This document shows positions 23,690-37,001 of a stretch of 64,000 nt of DNA, one piece after another (the first letter of the stretch is position 1; every line of letters starts with the position of its first letter). Below the pieces are notes generated by a model. It had not been told where the DNA came from and ran no database searches. It saw nothing but the letters and a program-made list of their open reading frames with translations. Source of the stretch: Octopus bimaculoides (taxonomy: Eukaryota). Made by a program: the position numbers and the translations under genes. The stretch is taken from NCBI RefSeq assembly GCF_001194135.2, contig NC_068988.1, forward strand, positions 83,285,711-83,349,710. Reading direction: 5' to 3'.

Positions 23690-23820
23690 AATTCAAAGAG
23701 AAAAGGAATAACAACAGAATAAACAAATGGAAAGAAATGGAACTACATGGTCAATTCATACAACAAACTGAGAATGTTGAAAGTAAAGATCATTGGCTCT
23801 GAACAAGAACTTGAAATGAG
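23690..23820 (+). mobile_element. R4/Dong-like LINE fragment
   Basis: KWKEMELHGQFIQQTENVESKDHWL resembles the W..K.LHGQF motif that follows the RT in these elements. Confidence 0.55.
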
Positions 23821-24199
23821 AGACAAAAATGGTAAGTATAGTCATTCAGGAACAAGCCCTTAGAACAAACCTAATGAAGGCAATGATCCAGAAAACTCAG
23901 ATGACAAATGAATCTGCAGGAAAGGAGACGAAAGTAACGATCACCTTTTGAGTGAGTAAAGTACACTAGCACAAAAGGGGTATAAGCTGAAGGTCACTGG
24001 TTCAAACGTACTTGTTGTTTCTATCTTTCTACATTCCTTTTAGTTCATCTTTCTCTTGTAGTTAGACATGATACTGTCTATTCTCTCCTGCATCATCACC
24101 TTCATTTAAATCATTGTCGGTCACTTAGATAACTTAGATTGGTTGCAGCCATAATCAACCTAGACCATGACTAATTCAATAGCACTACCTGAAAAAAGC

Positions 24200-26460
24200 T
24201 TTTAATTATTTCAGAACACCCTGGACCACTCAAGCAGAGTGGCTGAGATGTATCCAGGTGTAGGTGGTTTATCCATTATTTCCTGGAGGAATTTGTTCAG
24301 GTACCGTTTGAAAGTTGTGGTCTTTTTCTACTTTAATTTCTTTTGGGATACCATTGAAAAGAGCAGGACCATTTGCAGTGAAGAAATTGTGTCGCAATGT
24401 TCTTATGTGATGTGATCTTGACTGTTGTAAGGGATGCATTGCACAGGGAGCTAGTCTTGGGTGAATAGTAAACATAATACCGATACCATTTGGATAATAT
24501 TGGTGGAATATTTTCCACATGGTGCAAATAATGCATCGCTTATGACGGCATTGCAGAGAATAGAGTTTCAGCTGTTTAAATTGAGCCTAATAATCAACTC
24601 CTGTTGTGCCATTTATATTTTTAGTGATTGATCTTTGTGGCACTTCGATCTTCATTATGTTTTGTTTTCTATAGGGGGCCACAATGGGCAGCAGTATTTA
24701 AGGTAAGGGCCTAGTGAATGTGAAGAAAAGAAGGATGATGGTTTCATGATCTCTAGATTGAAAAGTTCTAAGGATCCATTAGTACATTCTACAAGCAACA
24801 TTGACTTTTTTGTTGATGTGCACACTCCAGCTAAGGTTGCTGTTGACAGTTACACCTAAATCTCTGATATTATCTAATGGTTCAAGTAGATCTCCTGACA
24901 GTAGTGTAAATGGTTGTTTGAGTATGCCCTCTTTTCCAAAGTGGATGAGCTCAAATTTTTCTTCATTCAGCTGCATATTGTTATTTTGTGCTCACTGGGT
25001 TACTGTGCATAGTTCCAATTGAAGCATCATTCGATCATATACTCTCTTAATGACTTTCTGGAGCTTAGAGTCATCTGCAAAGATTTTAATGGTGCTATGT
25101 TCGATGGAATCTGCAATATCATTGATATAGACAATAAAAAGAAGTGGACCCAGAATCATACCCTGCAAGACCCTATTAATGACTTTCGCTGGTCTTGAGT
25201 GGATGTCATCAACCACAATATGCTGGGTCCTGTTTGTCAGGAAGTACTTGATCCATTGAAGTAGTTTTCCACTGACTCCAGTGAGAGATAGTTTCTTTAA
25301 CAGTATATTGTGGTCGACTCTGTCAAAGGTCTTGCTGAAACCAAGATATATGACATCAGTATTGAAGCCCTCACTTAGTGCATTTAAGATGTCATCAAAG
25401 TGGTGGAGGAACTGTTTTAAACCCACCACGAAAGCCATGCTGGTTGCTATTTAGAAGATGATTTTGCTCTAGGAAGGTGGTTATTCTTGATCTCAATGCT
25501 CTCTCAAATATTTTGATGATATGAGAGGTGAGTGAGATTGGACAGTAGTTTACTGGGAGCAATTTATTCCATTTTTTAAAGATAGGAACAACTGACTGGG
25601 AGAGGTTTTGAGAGATAAAACCAGCATCCAGTGATTTCCTCCAGAGATTTGCAAGAAGAGCTGCAAGTTGCTGCCTGCACTCCTTCAGCACTTTAGCAGG
25701 GAACCTGTCAGGACCCACTGCTGAATCAGGTTTGATTTCTTTTATTGCTGCTAGGATGTCAGTAGCGTCGATGGTTATGTCGGAAAGGGCATGTAGAGGA
25801 TTCAAGAAGCAAAGCTGCTTGAGTCAACTGAATCAGGGTCACTGAACACAGAGCAGTATTGCAGAATCTCAGCCATGTCTTTTGCATCACTGTGAAGGAT
25901 GCTGTTTCTGTCAACCAGTGGGCCGATAGAGGAAACTGTGATCCTATGTGTTCCTGGGAGGTGACTGAAAAGAAAGTCCTGTTGCAAACACATCCTCTCA
26001 TGGAGGAAATAATGCCAGATTTTTGGGTTCCATTTTGTTTGTGAGGGTGGGATATGTGGCAATTGTTTGTTTATAAAAGATTTAGAAGTGAATGATTCTG
26101 GGAATGGTGTGGTAAGGGTTGTGTCTGGTGAATTTGGTTGGGCTGAGATTTTAGTCATCCTACTGCTGGGTTGTAATGATGAAGGACTGGTAAGGGTTGT
26201 GGTGGTGGAGACAGTAGTAGTAACTGATGCTGACAATGATGACGACATCGATAATAATGGCGGCGGTGCTGATGGCAATTGTGATGATGACAATGGTGAT
26301 GATGACAATGGTGCTGTTTGTGATGATAATGATATTGCTGGTGATGGGTATGAGGGATTGGTCTTCATGGTAACCATGAAGTGAGCAGATTTTGGTATGT
26401 GGGCACTGGTAGTTTGGACAGCTCACAGGTCACTGGGGTCAGTAGTGGTAGATTGATTTT
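24200..26460 (-). mobile_element. Decayed CR1-like LINE (RT domain and 3' end), low-complexity 5' part
   Basis: DSAVGPDRFP, YCPISLTSHIIKIFE, NQHGFR, VIYLGFSKTFDRVDH, QGMILGPLLF, IFADDSK, with frameshifts. Confidence 0.88.
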
Positions 26461-26629
26461 GTTTAGTAGAATTCGAGAATATTAAGTGGAATAGTGTAAG
26501 ATGTGCCATGATGTAATGCTTTGGGTCCTTCTGATTTTACATGTATGTAATCCTATGTGTTAACTATTGTATTATGTCACTGTAACCTTTTTATATTTTT
26601 ATTCTTTCCTCTATTTGTGTGACAATGAA

Positions 26630-26715
26630 CACCCTTATGAAGGGAGTGTCTAATTATTTCTAATATGAGTACTACACCATATTAATAGACACATCTCAGA
26701 AACGGCCCGTAGATG
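26630..26715 (+). ncRNA. Degenerate hammerhead motif with long stem II
   Basis: CACC CTTATGA A GGGAGTGTCT...AGACACATCTC A GAAA C-ggccc-G TA GATG. The G5 position is changed to T and stem I has one mismatch. Confidence 0.45.
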
Positions 26716-28725
26716 GAAACTTTTAACATTACATCTGTATTGTACAGGTCTTTTTTTTTTTGATATAGTATATATACATATCCTTTTGTAATGTACACGT
26801 TTTTAATATAATACATATAAATTTTGTAATATCATATCATATCATATCGTATATATTTACCCACTATATGTTAAATCATACTGAACGTTTATATATCGCA
26901 ATATGTTCATTTAACTGTTAAATATTTTTATACAACTTGGAAACTATGCATGTTTATAAATATTTTTAAATAAATATTTTAAACATTCATGATATTTCTG
27001 AAGTTTATGTCATTGTATATGCCTGTGTACTTTTATTTTATCTTATCTTACTATTTTAGACATTTTAGAGACTTAAAACTATATTTATTGATTCTAGAAT
27101 GATTTGAACACACACATATATATTAAATCTTGTATTGGATATGTGGTATTGTTCTTGCGGTCTTCCACCCGTATGTCTCCATTCTAACTATAATTGGAAT
27201 TCTAGCTCATGCTGAGCACTTCAACTCTAGCCTGTTTTTATGTATTGTTATATTAACAATATCTAATTATAGAAAATATTACAGTTTATATATGTATATA
27301 TATATATATNNNNNNNNNNNNNNNNNNNNNNNNNNNNNNNNNNNNNNNNNNNNNNNNNNNNNNNNNNNNNNNNNNNNNNNNNNNNNNNNNNNNNNNNNNN
27401 NNNNNNNNNNNNNNNNNNNNNNNNNNNNNNNNNNNNNNNNNNNNNNNNNNNNNNNNNNNNNNNNNNNNNNNNNNNNNNNNNNNNNNNNNNNNNNNNNNNN
27501 NNNNNNNNNNNNNNNNNNNNNNNNNNNNNNNNNNNNNNNNNNNNNNNNNNNNNNNNNNNNNNNNNNNNNNNNNNNNNNNNNNNNNNNNNNNNNNNNNNNN
27601 NNNNNNNNNNNNNNNNNNNNNNNNNNNNNNNNNNNNNNNNNNNNNNNNNNNNNNNNNNNNNNNNNNNNNNNNNNNNNNNNNNNNNNNNNNNNNNNNNNNN
27701 NNNNNNNNNNNNNNNNNNNNNNNNNNNNNNNNNNNNNNNNNNNNNNNNNNNNNNNNNNNNNNNNNNNNNNNNNNNNNNNNNNNNNNNNNNNNNNNNNNNN
27801 NNNNNNNNNNNNNNNNNNNNNNNNNNNNNNNNNNNNNNNNNNNNNNNNNNNNNNNNNNNNNNNNNNNNNNNNNNNNNNNNNNNNNNNNNNNNNNNNNNNN
27901 NNNNNNNNNNNNNNNNNNNNNNNNNNNNNNNNNNNNNNNNNNNNNNNNNNNNNNNNNNNNNNNNNNNNNNNNNNNAGTGTCCAATTTAACTCGATTTCGA
28001 TTTGACTTGCCTCAACAGGTCTTTGCAAGTGGAGTTTAGTGTCCAATGAAGGAAGGTATGCATAAGTGGACTGGTTGAGGCCTTGTTTTTAGAAATTCCC
28101 AATAAGTTATGAATACCCAAATTGTGAAGTCAGTTAGTTATGTAATAACATGAAATTAAATACTCAGTAGTCAGAATTCAAATAAAGTAGCCCTGAAAAG
28201 GGCTTTAATGCATTCCCAGAGTAGATAGAACTTAGGAGAAAATACTAATAACGAATAAGGCGCTAACCAAAATATGTGGATCTTGTTTACGAAAATACTA
28301 TTTACTTCTTTAAGTGTTGTATGGGATAAATTACGAAAATAAATCAAATGGTTCAAATACTAAAATATAAGCATACTGAATTTGATTTATACGAAATGAT
28401 TTATGAACATGAATGGGTTATTTCCCTTGGCTATATTTAAGGATCCCTTTAAGGAGTGAATGGGTTATTAGTTATATGTAGTAGATATAAGAATCCTTTC
28501 CAGAGGCCCTATTCTCGATTTTTTCAACAATCTAAGTATGTCACTACTTTTCCAGACATGAGTTCTACTCACGTGTCACGTTTCATCAAAATCGATAGAA
28601 CGATGTAGCCAGAGTTAGATAACAANNNNNNNNNNNNNNNNNNNNNNNNNNNNNNNNNNNNNNNNNNNNNNNNNNNNNNNNNNNNNNNNNNNNNNNNNNN
28701 NNNNNNNNNNNNNNNNNNNNNNNNN

Positions 28726-28757
<32 letters not shown>

Positions 28758-29735
28758 ATATATATACACACACATGAAGTTAAGTCAAAGAGGTCTCTCC
28801 ACATGCTAGAAATAACAGCCAAATCTCTTGAAATTTTTTATTATTCCAAGTCAACAAAAATGGAAATTGCAATTGTAAAAAGACTTTTATTTTCCAAAAT
28901 TCGAATTTTTAAGTAAACAAAAGTATATTCAATCCAAAATAAATAAGCAGAATAGAAAAACAGAACCCAAGGCTTTACTACAAATGAAACTGGATATTTT
29001 GGAAAAAGTTGTGATGTGCTATCAATAGAGTGGGTGTCTACCAATTTTCTTTTCAAATATAATCATAGATTTACAGCTACATTGAAATTAAAATGTAGAA
29101 AATTTCATTTAATAATATCCATTTTTCTGAAAGTTGATGTCTTAAAGTCCCTTTACCCCAATGGATTGAGTGTGTTAAGAATACATACCTCTGAATGGAG
29201 AAGAACCTACTGGAACATATTAAGAATAAATATAACACAAGGCATAGTTTTCTGCAAACTTATGGCCTTCATCACATGACCTTGTCCTGGTTTGTCTTTA
29301 GGATATAAAACTTCAGATACCTATGGAGGTATACCAAGAGTTTCTAACAAGAAACTGTTGTTGTGAACTATTTTTTTCCCCCCACAATACACAACATTAT
29401 TATGTATAAACGAAATACATATGTAGCATAATTTGAACAAAAGCTACAATGCTTTATATCATCATCGTTACACAAAGAGAGAGAGGGCAAGAGAGAAATT
29501 TGAATCAATTTCCCTAATTAACTGTTTTAACTAAGTATGAATGAGCCCTTATAATTTATTATCCTTCTACATAAAAGCAATCTTATATAAATTTTTTTTA
29601 TAAATCAAAAACTCAACGCAAAATAATCCCCATGTATACAATCCATGACACCATTACTATATATAGAACAACCACAGGTCACAATAAACCTGCACGTCAA
29701 CCCTGCTAATATGAACAAGCGCTTTAGAAAATAAA

Positions 29736-30676
29736 CCTTTGCACAATATCATTGAATTCATGTATATTTATAGTGCATATATGTAATTGACCTGTGGGGA
29801 AAACACCTACTTTGAATACTTTCACTTGCATGAGGTCATAAAGATTAAATAGCAGGAGCTGCTGCTATTAAAAAAAAAATCAGTCATTTTCGAGCGAGAT
29901 CGTTGCCAGTGCCGCTGGACTGGCTCCTGGGCAGGTGGCACGTAAAGTACACCATTTTGAGCGTGGCCATTGCCAGTACTGCCTGACTGGCCTTCATGCC
30001 AGTGGCATGTAAAAGCATCAACTACACTCTCGGAGTGGTTGGCGTTAGGAAGGGTATCCAGCTGTAGAAACTCTGCCAAATCAAATTGGAGCCTGGTGTA
30101 GCCATCTGGCTCACCAGTCCTCAGTCAAATCGTCCAACCTATGCTAGCATGGAAAGCGGGCGTTAAACGACGACAATGATGATAAGAAAATACGCAAAAA
30201 GACAAAAAATATGATAGTTTCTTCTTTCTCTCTGGTTCTTGGAAACCCCAAAGTTTCATCATAGAAAAGTGATTTAACAGTCATTCACAAAATAGAGAGA
30301 ATTTATGATTGTCAACACAATTACCCTCAATGACTCAGGCATATAATATAAATTGAAAGAGAAAGAAAAAGAAATCACTCCATTATAATTTGCCTTGTTT
30401 TCTTTAAAACAGAGCAAAGATATATATATAGAAACAATTTTCATTTCTATTTGGATGACTTTCATACAATTGTATTGTCTTTTTGCATTTTTTCTTATTA
30501 CTATTTGTAATGTCTGATTTTTTTTAATAGGAGAAACAGCTCCAGCTACTTCATCTTTAGGACTTCATGAAAGTGAAAATATTCAAAAGTAGGTGTTTTC
30601 CCCACTGAAAGTACTTATATAGGTCAATTACATATGCACTATAAATATATATTAATTCAATGATATTGCGCAAAGG
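29736..30676. mobile_element. MITE/fold-back element with about 150-bp TIRs, carrying a nested RTE 3' UTR
   Basis: cctttgcacaatatcattgaatt...ctattaaaaaaaaaatcag (29736-29882) is inverted at about 30516-30676. Confidence 0.8.
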
Positions 30677-31150
30677 ATGATTTAAAGCTAATCAATGAAA
30701 GGTTAAAAGTATGAGAGAAGGGGCCAAAACAGAAAAAGTTTCTTGCTGTAGAGGAGCTACATTGACACATTAAGGATGGAAGTGACAAAACTGGAGCTGG
30801 AAAGAGAGCTGAATACTGAGGTGTCAGAATGGATCCACAAGATACAAGGCAAGTAGATGTGAGCGGGAACAAAAAGAACAGAGGGTATCGGTGAGTGGAA
30901 GTCACAAGTATGTAGGAGAAATCTGAAAGATGGCCAGAGATGAAGGGGTGAATATTTGGTGGGTCAAAAGTCACAAAGAGGTCTGAAATTTCAATAAATC
31001 TTTGTTTTTTTTTTATAGTTTTAAGATGTGTTTTTTCACACCAAGAATACATTTATTTCCAATATATACTGAATATGACGTAATGGTCTTGTAAATTTAG
31101 AAAAAAAAATAAAGGAGTTATGAAATATTGAAATGCCTTCATGATTTCTA

Positions 31151-31181
<31 letters not shown>

Positions 31182-31190
31182 TACATGTAT

Positions 31191-31226
<36 letters not shown>

Positions 31227-31608
31227 CAAAAAATCTTACGATAGAAAATTCATTCCAAATCTCTTCTGATTATTGTCTCCAGATTTACCAATTGCTAACA
31301 TTATGCACAATTACAAGATGAAAACTAAGAAAAGATACAATTCCAAAATTTAAAACATGGACTCAATCTTGCTTTATTAACAAATGAAAATGCAAGAGAA
31401 AAAAAAAAGGAAAACCAAATATGGTTAAAAACTTCTATTTATTACTATTTATTCCCAACAGGCTTATAATCAACAGCACTCAAGCAATGACTTTTCTTTC
31501 AGGTATAGTGTATCTAGGACTACATTATCTAATGTATTCCCTATTGCCCTTCCACTATCAACAGGTTTTTTTTTTTTTTTCAGGTTGGAATATATTATAC
31601 AAGGTATC

Positions 31609-32089
31609 CAGGTAGAATTCTGGTTTAAGTACCCCAACTAACACCTCATAACTTTTTTATTTTTGAGAATTTTGAGAAAAGTTTTGCAAATTAGTTTTCT
31701 ATACATGAGAATTCATACGATTATGAAAAAATCATTTTTTGTGCGATTTAACTGTTATTTTTAGCATATATAACAACCATCCGATACCTTGCTCGTTTCT
31801 TTGTCAATCTGACGCATGTTTTTCAATATTTTTCTCCCCATAAACACAATTAATGGAAAGATGACAAACCTAAATGGTCCATTGCTGGGATTTAAACAAA
31901 AAATTCAGACTGTCTGCATTTTGTACTGATCTAAAAAATTCCAAAAAGTGGAACTTTTAGGGTTTATGGAGGGAAGGGGTTTAAAATGATCGTATGAATT
32001 CGTGCGTAGAACACAAATTCGCAAAAGTTTTCTGAAAATTCAAAAGTTATGAGAGGTCATAAGGGATGCTTAAACCGGAATTCCGCCTG
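31609..32089. mobile_element. MITE with about 110-bp TIRs; related copy at about 50423-50886
   Basis: caggtagaattctggtttaagtacccc versus the reverse complement caggcggaattccggtttaagcatccc. Both copies share gaattttcagaaaa(t)ttttgc...gaattcatacga subterminal blocks. Confidence 0.75.
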
Positions 32090-33192
32090 TGTCCTTTTTA
32101 AAACTGGAAGGAAAGTGAGGGTTGAGGGAGATTTAGCTGCTGTTTCTACCAATTTGAATGACCATTAGAGGATGGCAGAACTGTCACTTTGACAGTTGGT
32201 TCAACACTTGAGATCATTATGTGCGAAAACAACATAGGATCTTCGGGGGGGGGGGGGTCCAATATATAAAATTACATGAGACAGAGAGAGAAAATTACAT
32301 TCGGAAAAGAAAAAGTAGATGCAAGTCATAATGAAACAACAATCACTGAATGAATGAAGAAGTATGCTTCTCAACCACATGGTTTCAGGCTCAGTCCCAC
32401 AGCGCAACACCTGGGACAAGTTTCTTCTACTATAGTCTTGGACTGAGCAAAGTCTTGTGAGTGGATTTGTTTGTGTGTGTCCATGTCTTTACATCAGGTG
32501 ATAGTTGTAAGCAAATATCACCATCATACATGTCATTCGTTTTCAGTTTCTTGTGAAAATATATCCAGCCCAAACGACATTTTACTTTCTAGGAGCAGGT
32601 GAGGGTTGGGGACCGAAGGATGCTGGGCCGTAGAAAATATACCATGATAAAATTTGGTCTTTCCCATGCAAGCATGGATAGGTAAGGTTAAAACTGATGA
32701 TGAACCTTACAAGCAAAATAAGACAGGGTTTTGGTACAAGTTGTCTTTGGAAGTCCTATACAGCATGGGAAAGGGAAAAGAGTTCAGAAGTGCGGGTGGG
32801 GAAAATGTGAATATATTCCAATTGTAATTCACTGACTTTAACTAATTTCATGGCAATACTACATCATAGCCAGTACCATAGTTACTGGAACCTGTCAAGG
32901 AGCATATTAAATGTTACACTGAAATAGTGACCCTTTATGTAGAATCTAAGTTAAGTATTAAAAGCGTTTTGGATGTTTACACACACGAATACACCCGTTA
33001 CAATTGTTCAAATGCGTCAACAGTTGAGAATTTTCTTTTCAACGGGTCCTTTTCGAGAAAATACTGACGCATTGAATGAATCACTTGTAAATTATTTTAT
33101 CAATTGAAATATATACACTCCGCTTCCTTATAGAGAATTCTTCCCGGTTCCTTCTTGAACACTATAAATAATACAAACAATGTAGACAGCTT

Positions 33193-33224
<32 letters not shown>

Positions 33225-35368
33225 GATACAAACTTATGTAAAGACTGCTTTCTATATGGTTAGATGTTTACCACCTGTTAACGCGCAAGACGAAGGGATA
33301 GAAGCTTGTACTAAGGGAGATAACTGTCTTAGGGTATCGCAATTCGGTTTCTGGGGGTCTTCAACTGATGTCACGAGGCGCCTTCAAAGATACCGGTGTC
33401 ACGTGGAATTGGTCCCTAAAATAAATGACTACTTCACCTAACGGAAACTTTAAAAGAAAAAAATTCTACTTATCTCATTTATAACATTATTAGTGTTACA
33501 CAGTTGATTAATGCCTGTCCTTAAAAACGTTCCTTAGTAACACTATTATTGTTATCTAACAAAATATTACGTTACGTTCAATAAGTTTTATTATTTAAGA
33601 GTGGTGGGAGATAATACGGAAACTAAGGACTGCGTTGGTAAAAATGAAAACTGTTTCATTATAAAGATGAGATATGAATATCACTTAGAAATGCCTTATA
33701 ATACTATTTCAACAAAAGACTAATAACAGGAGGATTGGCACAAGATCTAGGAAGCATTGTTATACACACATCCACATATATTTATTAATGAATATAGCGA
33801 AAAATGAATATACGCACTACATTTTAGTAAAAATGCGTTACACGTGTATATGTATTGTCACTACAGAAATATATTTACATAATATATTTATTATCAAATA
33901 AATGTAGGTGTCAAACAAGTGTGTATGTGTGTGCGAGCGAGGAAAGATATGTGAATAAATAAAAAAGGAAAAAACTACATGAAACAGCAAATTATGAAAA
34001 TCGAATAACAAAATTATACATTATCGTTTTTTTTTTAAAGATTATTGTGAAATTGAACGGAGAAAACCTTTTTAATACACCAGACGAAAAAAATGAAGTG
34101 ATATTATAGAAATTAACCATGCTGGAAAAGAAGCTTATATTTGTCACTGATGTATGAATTAAATAGTTCAAGTTAATTGACTTACTGAGGTGATAGACTC
34201 GATAAAGATTAGAGCTTCTGTTAAAAAGAGACTTTACTTATTTATTAAGAAAATCGAAATACTTACCAAAAACATCGTTTATATATACATTAAATAGTAA
34301 TGACTGGTTTGGGCCTCTCCTCTCTGGTGTTAAATGTTGGTGCGCAACAGCCAACACTTGGACGATTCAGTCAGCTTTGGAATCGTCCAACACAAGGGGA
34401 GATAAGGTCATTTCTTTACGTCGACTACCTGTTATAGGCACTAGTTCTCAGATTTCTAGAAAGAAGTGAAAAGGGAAGTACGAATTGGTATATTGTTTAC
34501 TGCATTTCCAATTTTTCTTCCTGGAAGTAACTGTTTATTTTTTCTTCGCTACATAAGAAAACTTTGACCAAGGGAGGTAATATTTATGAAAGTGCGCACA
34601 CGCACTCTCTCTCTCTGCTTCTCTTCTTTTCTTGCAGCAGCAAAGGGTAGCGAAACTCGGAGTAGTTATGGAATGTAGTCTCAGTATATAATAAAAAAAT
34701 GTTATTCTTCAGTATCGAGAACTTTTTCTTATTTCTGAATTGAAGCATGTGTATGTCCGCGAGCGTGTGAATGTTGGAGTAGGTGATGTCGCTCAAGAGC
34801 GCTACGGGTACTCATTAATCCAGTTACATCCTACTGCATTGAGGTTACTTCATGAAGTTAGTGGTTTTGGACACCCTGTATGATGAAAAATAAAACTCCT
34901 CAAAGGGCGGGTGTACTAAGAGCGGGCAGTGGCACGTATTTTTACAACGTGGACTGTTACAAATGTATAAAAAAAAAAGCCATAGAACATAAATTCTTGA
35001 TTTATTAAAATTATCTCCAAATTTACAAGATGAATTATAATTACTAAATGGCAATTAAAACCAGCTCCACTTGAGCAAGGGAGATAATCTCCAGATACAA
35101 GAATTCTAGAAAGTTGACATGCTCTTTTACTCTTTTACTTTATTCTAGTCATCTGACTGCAGTCATGCTGGAGCACCGCCTTAAAGGGTTTTTTAGTCGA
35201 AGAAATCGCCTCCAGAACTTATTCTTTGTAAGCCTAGTACTTATTTTATCGGTCTCTGTTACCGAACTGTTTAGTTACAGGGACGTAAACATACCGACAT
35301 CAGTTGTCAAGCGATGGTGGTGGGGCAAACACACACACACACAAATATATACATACATTTATAATTAA

Positions 35369-35650
35369 GGGTATCAAATAGTACCAGTATTGCTAGAAAT
35401 AAGGGTGGAGATGGAGTATATGTAATCTGGGTATACCCCCCCCCCTTTTAAATTTTGTTTTTTTTTACGGAATCCTATGTTTCAGACCATGGAGAATCCG
35501 ATTCTGGAAAAAATTTTTCAAAAATCTCAATTTCAAAATTTCGATCACCCCCCCCCCCCCGGTTTTTATATAGATCCACAGGGTAAACCTAACCCTAACT
35601 CAAACCGTTTTGACTCTTATTTCTAACAATACTGGAACTATCTGGTACCC
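35369..35650. mobile_element. 282-bp MITE flanked by TTAA, GGG termini
   Basis: 35-bp TIRs with 4 mismatches. TTAA at 35365-35368 and 35651-35654. Confidence 0.85.
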
Positions 35651-35671
35651 TTAATTATACATTAAATTAAT

Positions 35672-36403
35672 AATTTGGTAAATTTTTATATTAACACCCG
35701 CACGATTTTCACTAAGAAAGAAAAAAACTCGGATTTTTTGCGTGGAATCAAGTACCCAGACCTCCTAATATGCTGCAAATCCCTTTATTTTGGCTCAGAA
35801 AGGTTGGGGCAAGGGGGTTATATTTCATAACGAACCATGTAATTCACACTCTAGAAGATTTATTTCTGTAAAATGTTTTTTTTTTTCCTTAAACACAAGA
35901 TATAGATTATAAATTTAGGATGTTTTTGAAAGATGTTATATTTTATCATCAGAATATATATACTTTCTCACACAACAATTAGTTTATTTTAAATTGTTCA
36001 TCTTTCTTCCCATAATTCCCCCCTCCTGCCCACACACAAAAATTAAGCCGGCGCGAATTTTATTATTTTTTTTCCTTAGTGAAAATCGTGCGGGTGAAAA
36101 GATCAATAGGGGTGGGGGTGAAATTTCCGCGGCTTCCACCTCACCCCACCCCGTTTTTCGGACCCCAAAAAGGGTTTTGTAGCATATTAGGTCACAGGAA
36201 TTCATTCAACAAAATATTTCCAATGATTACCGGCTGGGGTGGGGGGCTGCTTCGCCACCCCCCTCCTTTCTTCCGAACCAAAATAAGGGATTTGCAGTAT
36301 ATTAGGAGGTTAGGGTACTTGATTCCACGCAAAAAATCGGGGTTTTTTTTTTTTTTCTTAGAGAAAATCGTGTGCTTGTTAAGATAAAAATTTACCAATA
36401 ATT
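35672..36403. mobile_element. Fold-back element with about 130-bp TIRs and an internal third partial arm
   Basis: ttggtaaatttttat...cgtggaatcaagtaccc...ctcctaatat is inverted at about 36265-36398. acccgcacgattttcactaag recurs inverted at about 36076-36096. Confidence 0.85.
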
Positions 36404-37001
36404 TTACCTTTATGGTTATTTTTATTTCTGCTAGCCACTTATTATTTATTAATAATAATATCGTGTGTGTATGTATATANNNNNNNNNNNNNNNNNNNNN
36501 NNNNNNNNNNNNNNNNNNNNNNNNNNNNNNNNNNNNNNNNNNNNNNNNNNNNNNNNNNNNNNNNNNNNNNNNNNNNNNNNNNNNNNNNNNNNNNNNNNNN
36601 NNNNNNNNNNNNNNNNNNNNNNNNNNNNNNNNNNNNNNNNNNNNNNNNNNNNNNNNNNNNNNNNNNNNNAAAGCTGCATTCCCTCGCTTTTGGTAAATAT
36701 GTTGCTTATTTTTGGTAGTTTTGATTTATTTAGTCCCTCGATAGCGTGAGGCATTAATACACAGTTAATGCCCTTTATATATAATTATATATATATTTAT
36801 TTATTTATACGGGTGCGGAGATAAAGGACCCATATAAATAACCCTTTTCGGTTATTTTTTCTACAGAAACCCACCTTTTCGACATTCCTAATCTCAAAAA
36901 TAAAAATCCTCATTTCAAAATTTTAATTCACCCCAGTTTTCATCTACCAAATCCACTTACAAGGCCCAAGGCTATATAGTAAAAGACACCTGCCCAAAGT
37001 G

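Noticed and set aside
23690-23840. Exon-like open stretch ending in a GTAAGT donor
   Set aside because: Translation matches a LINE motif (LHGQF), has an in-frame stop and lacks a good acceptor.
28560-28625. Minus-strand exon candidate with GTGAGT donor
   Set aside because: Truncated by a gap, and tttcatcaaaatcg resembles a DNA-transposon subterminal motif.
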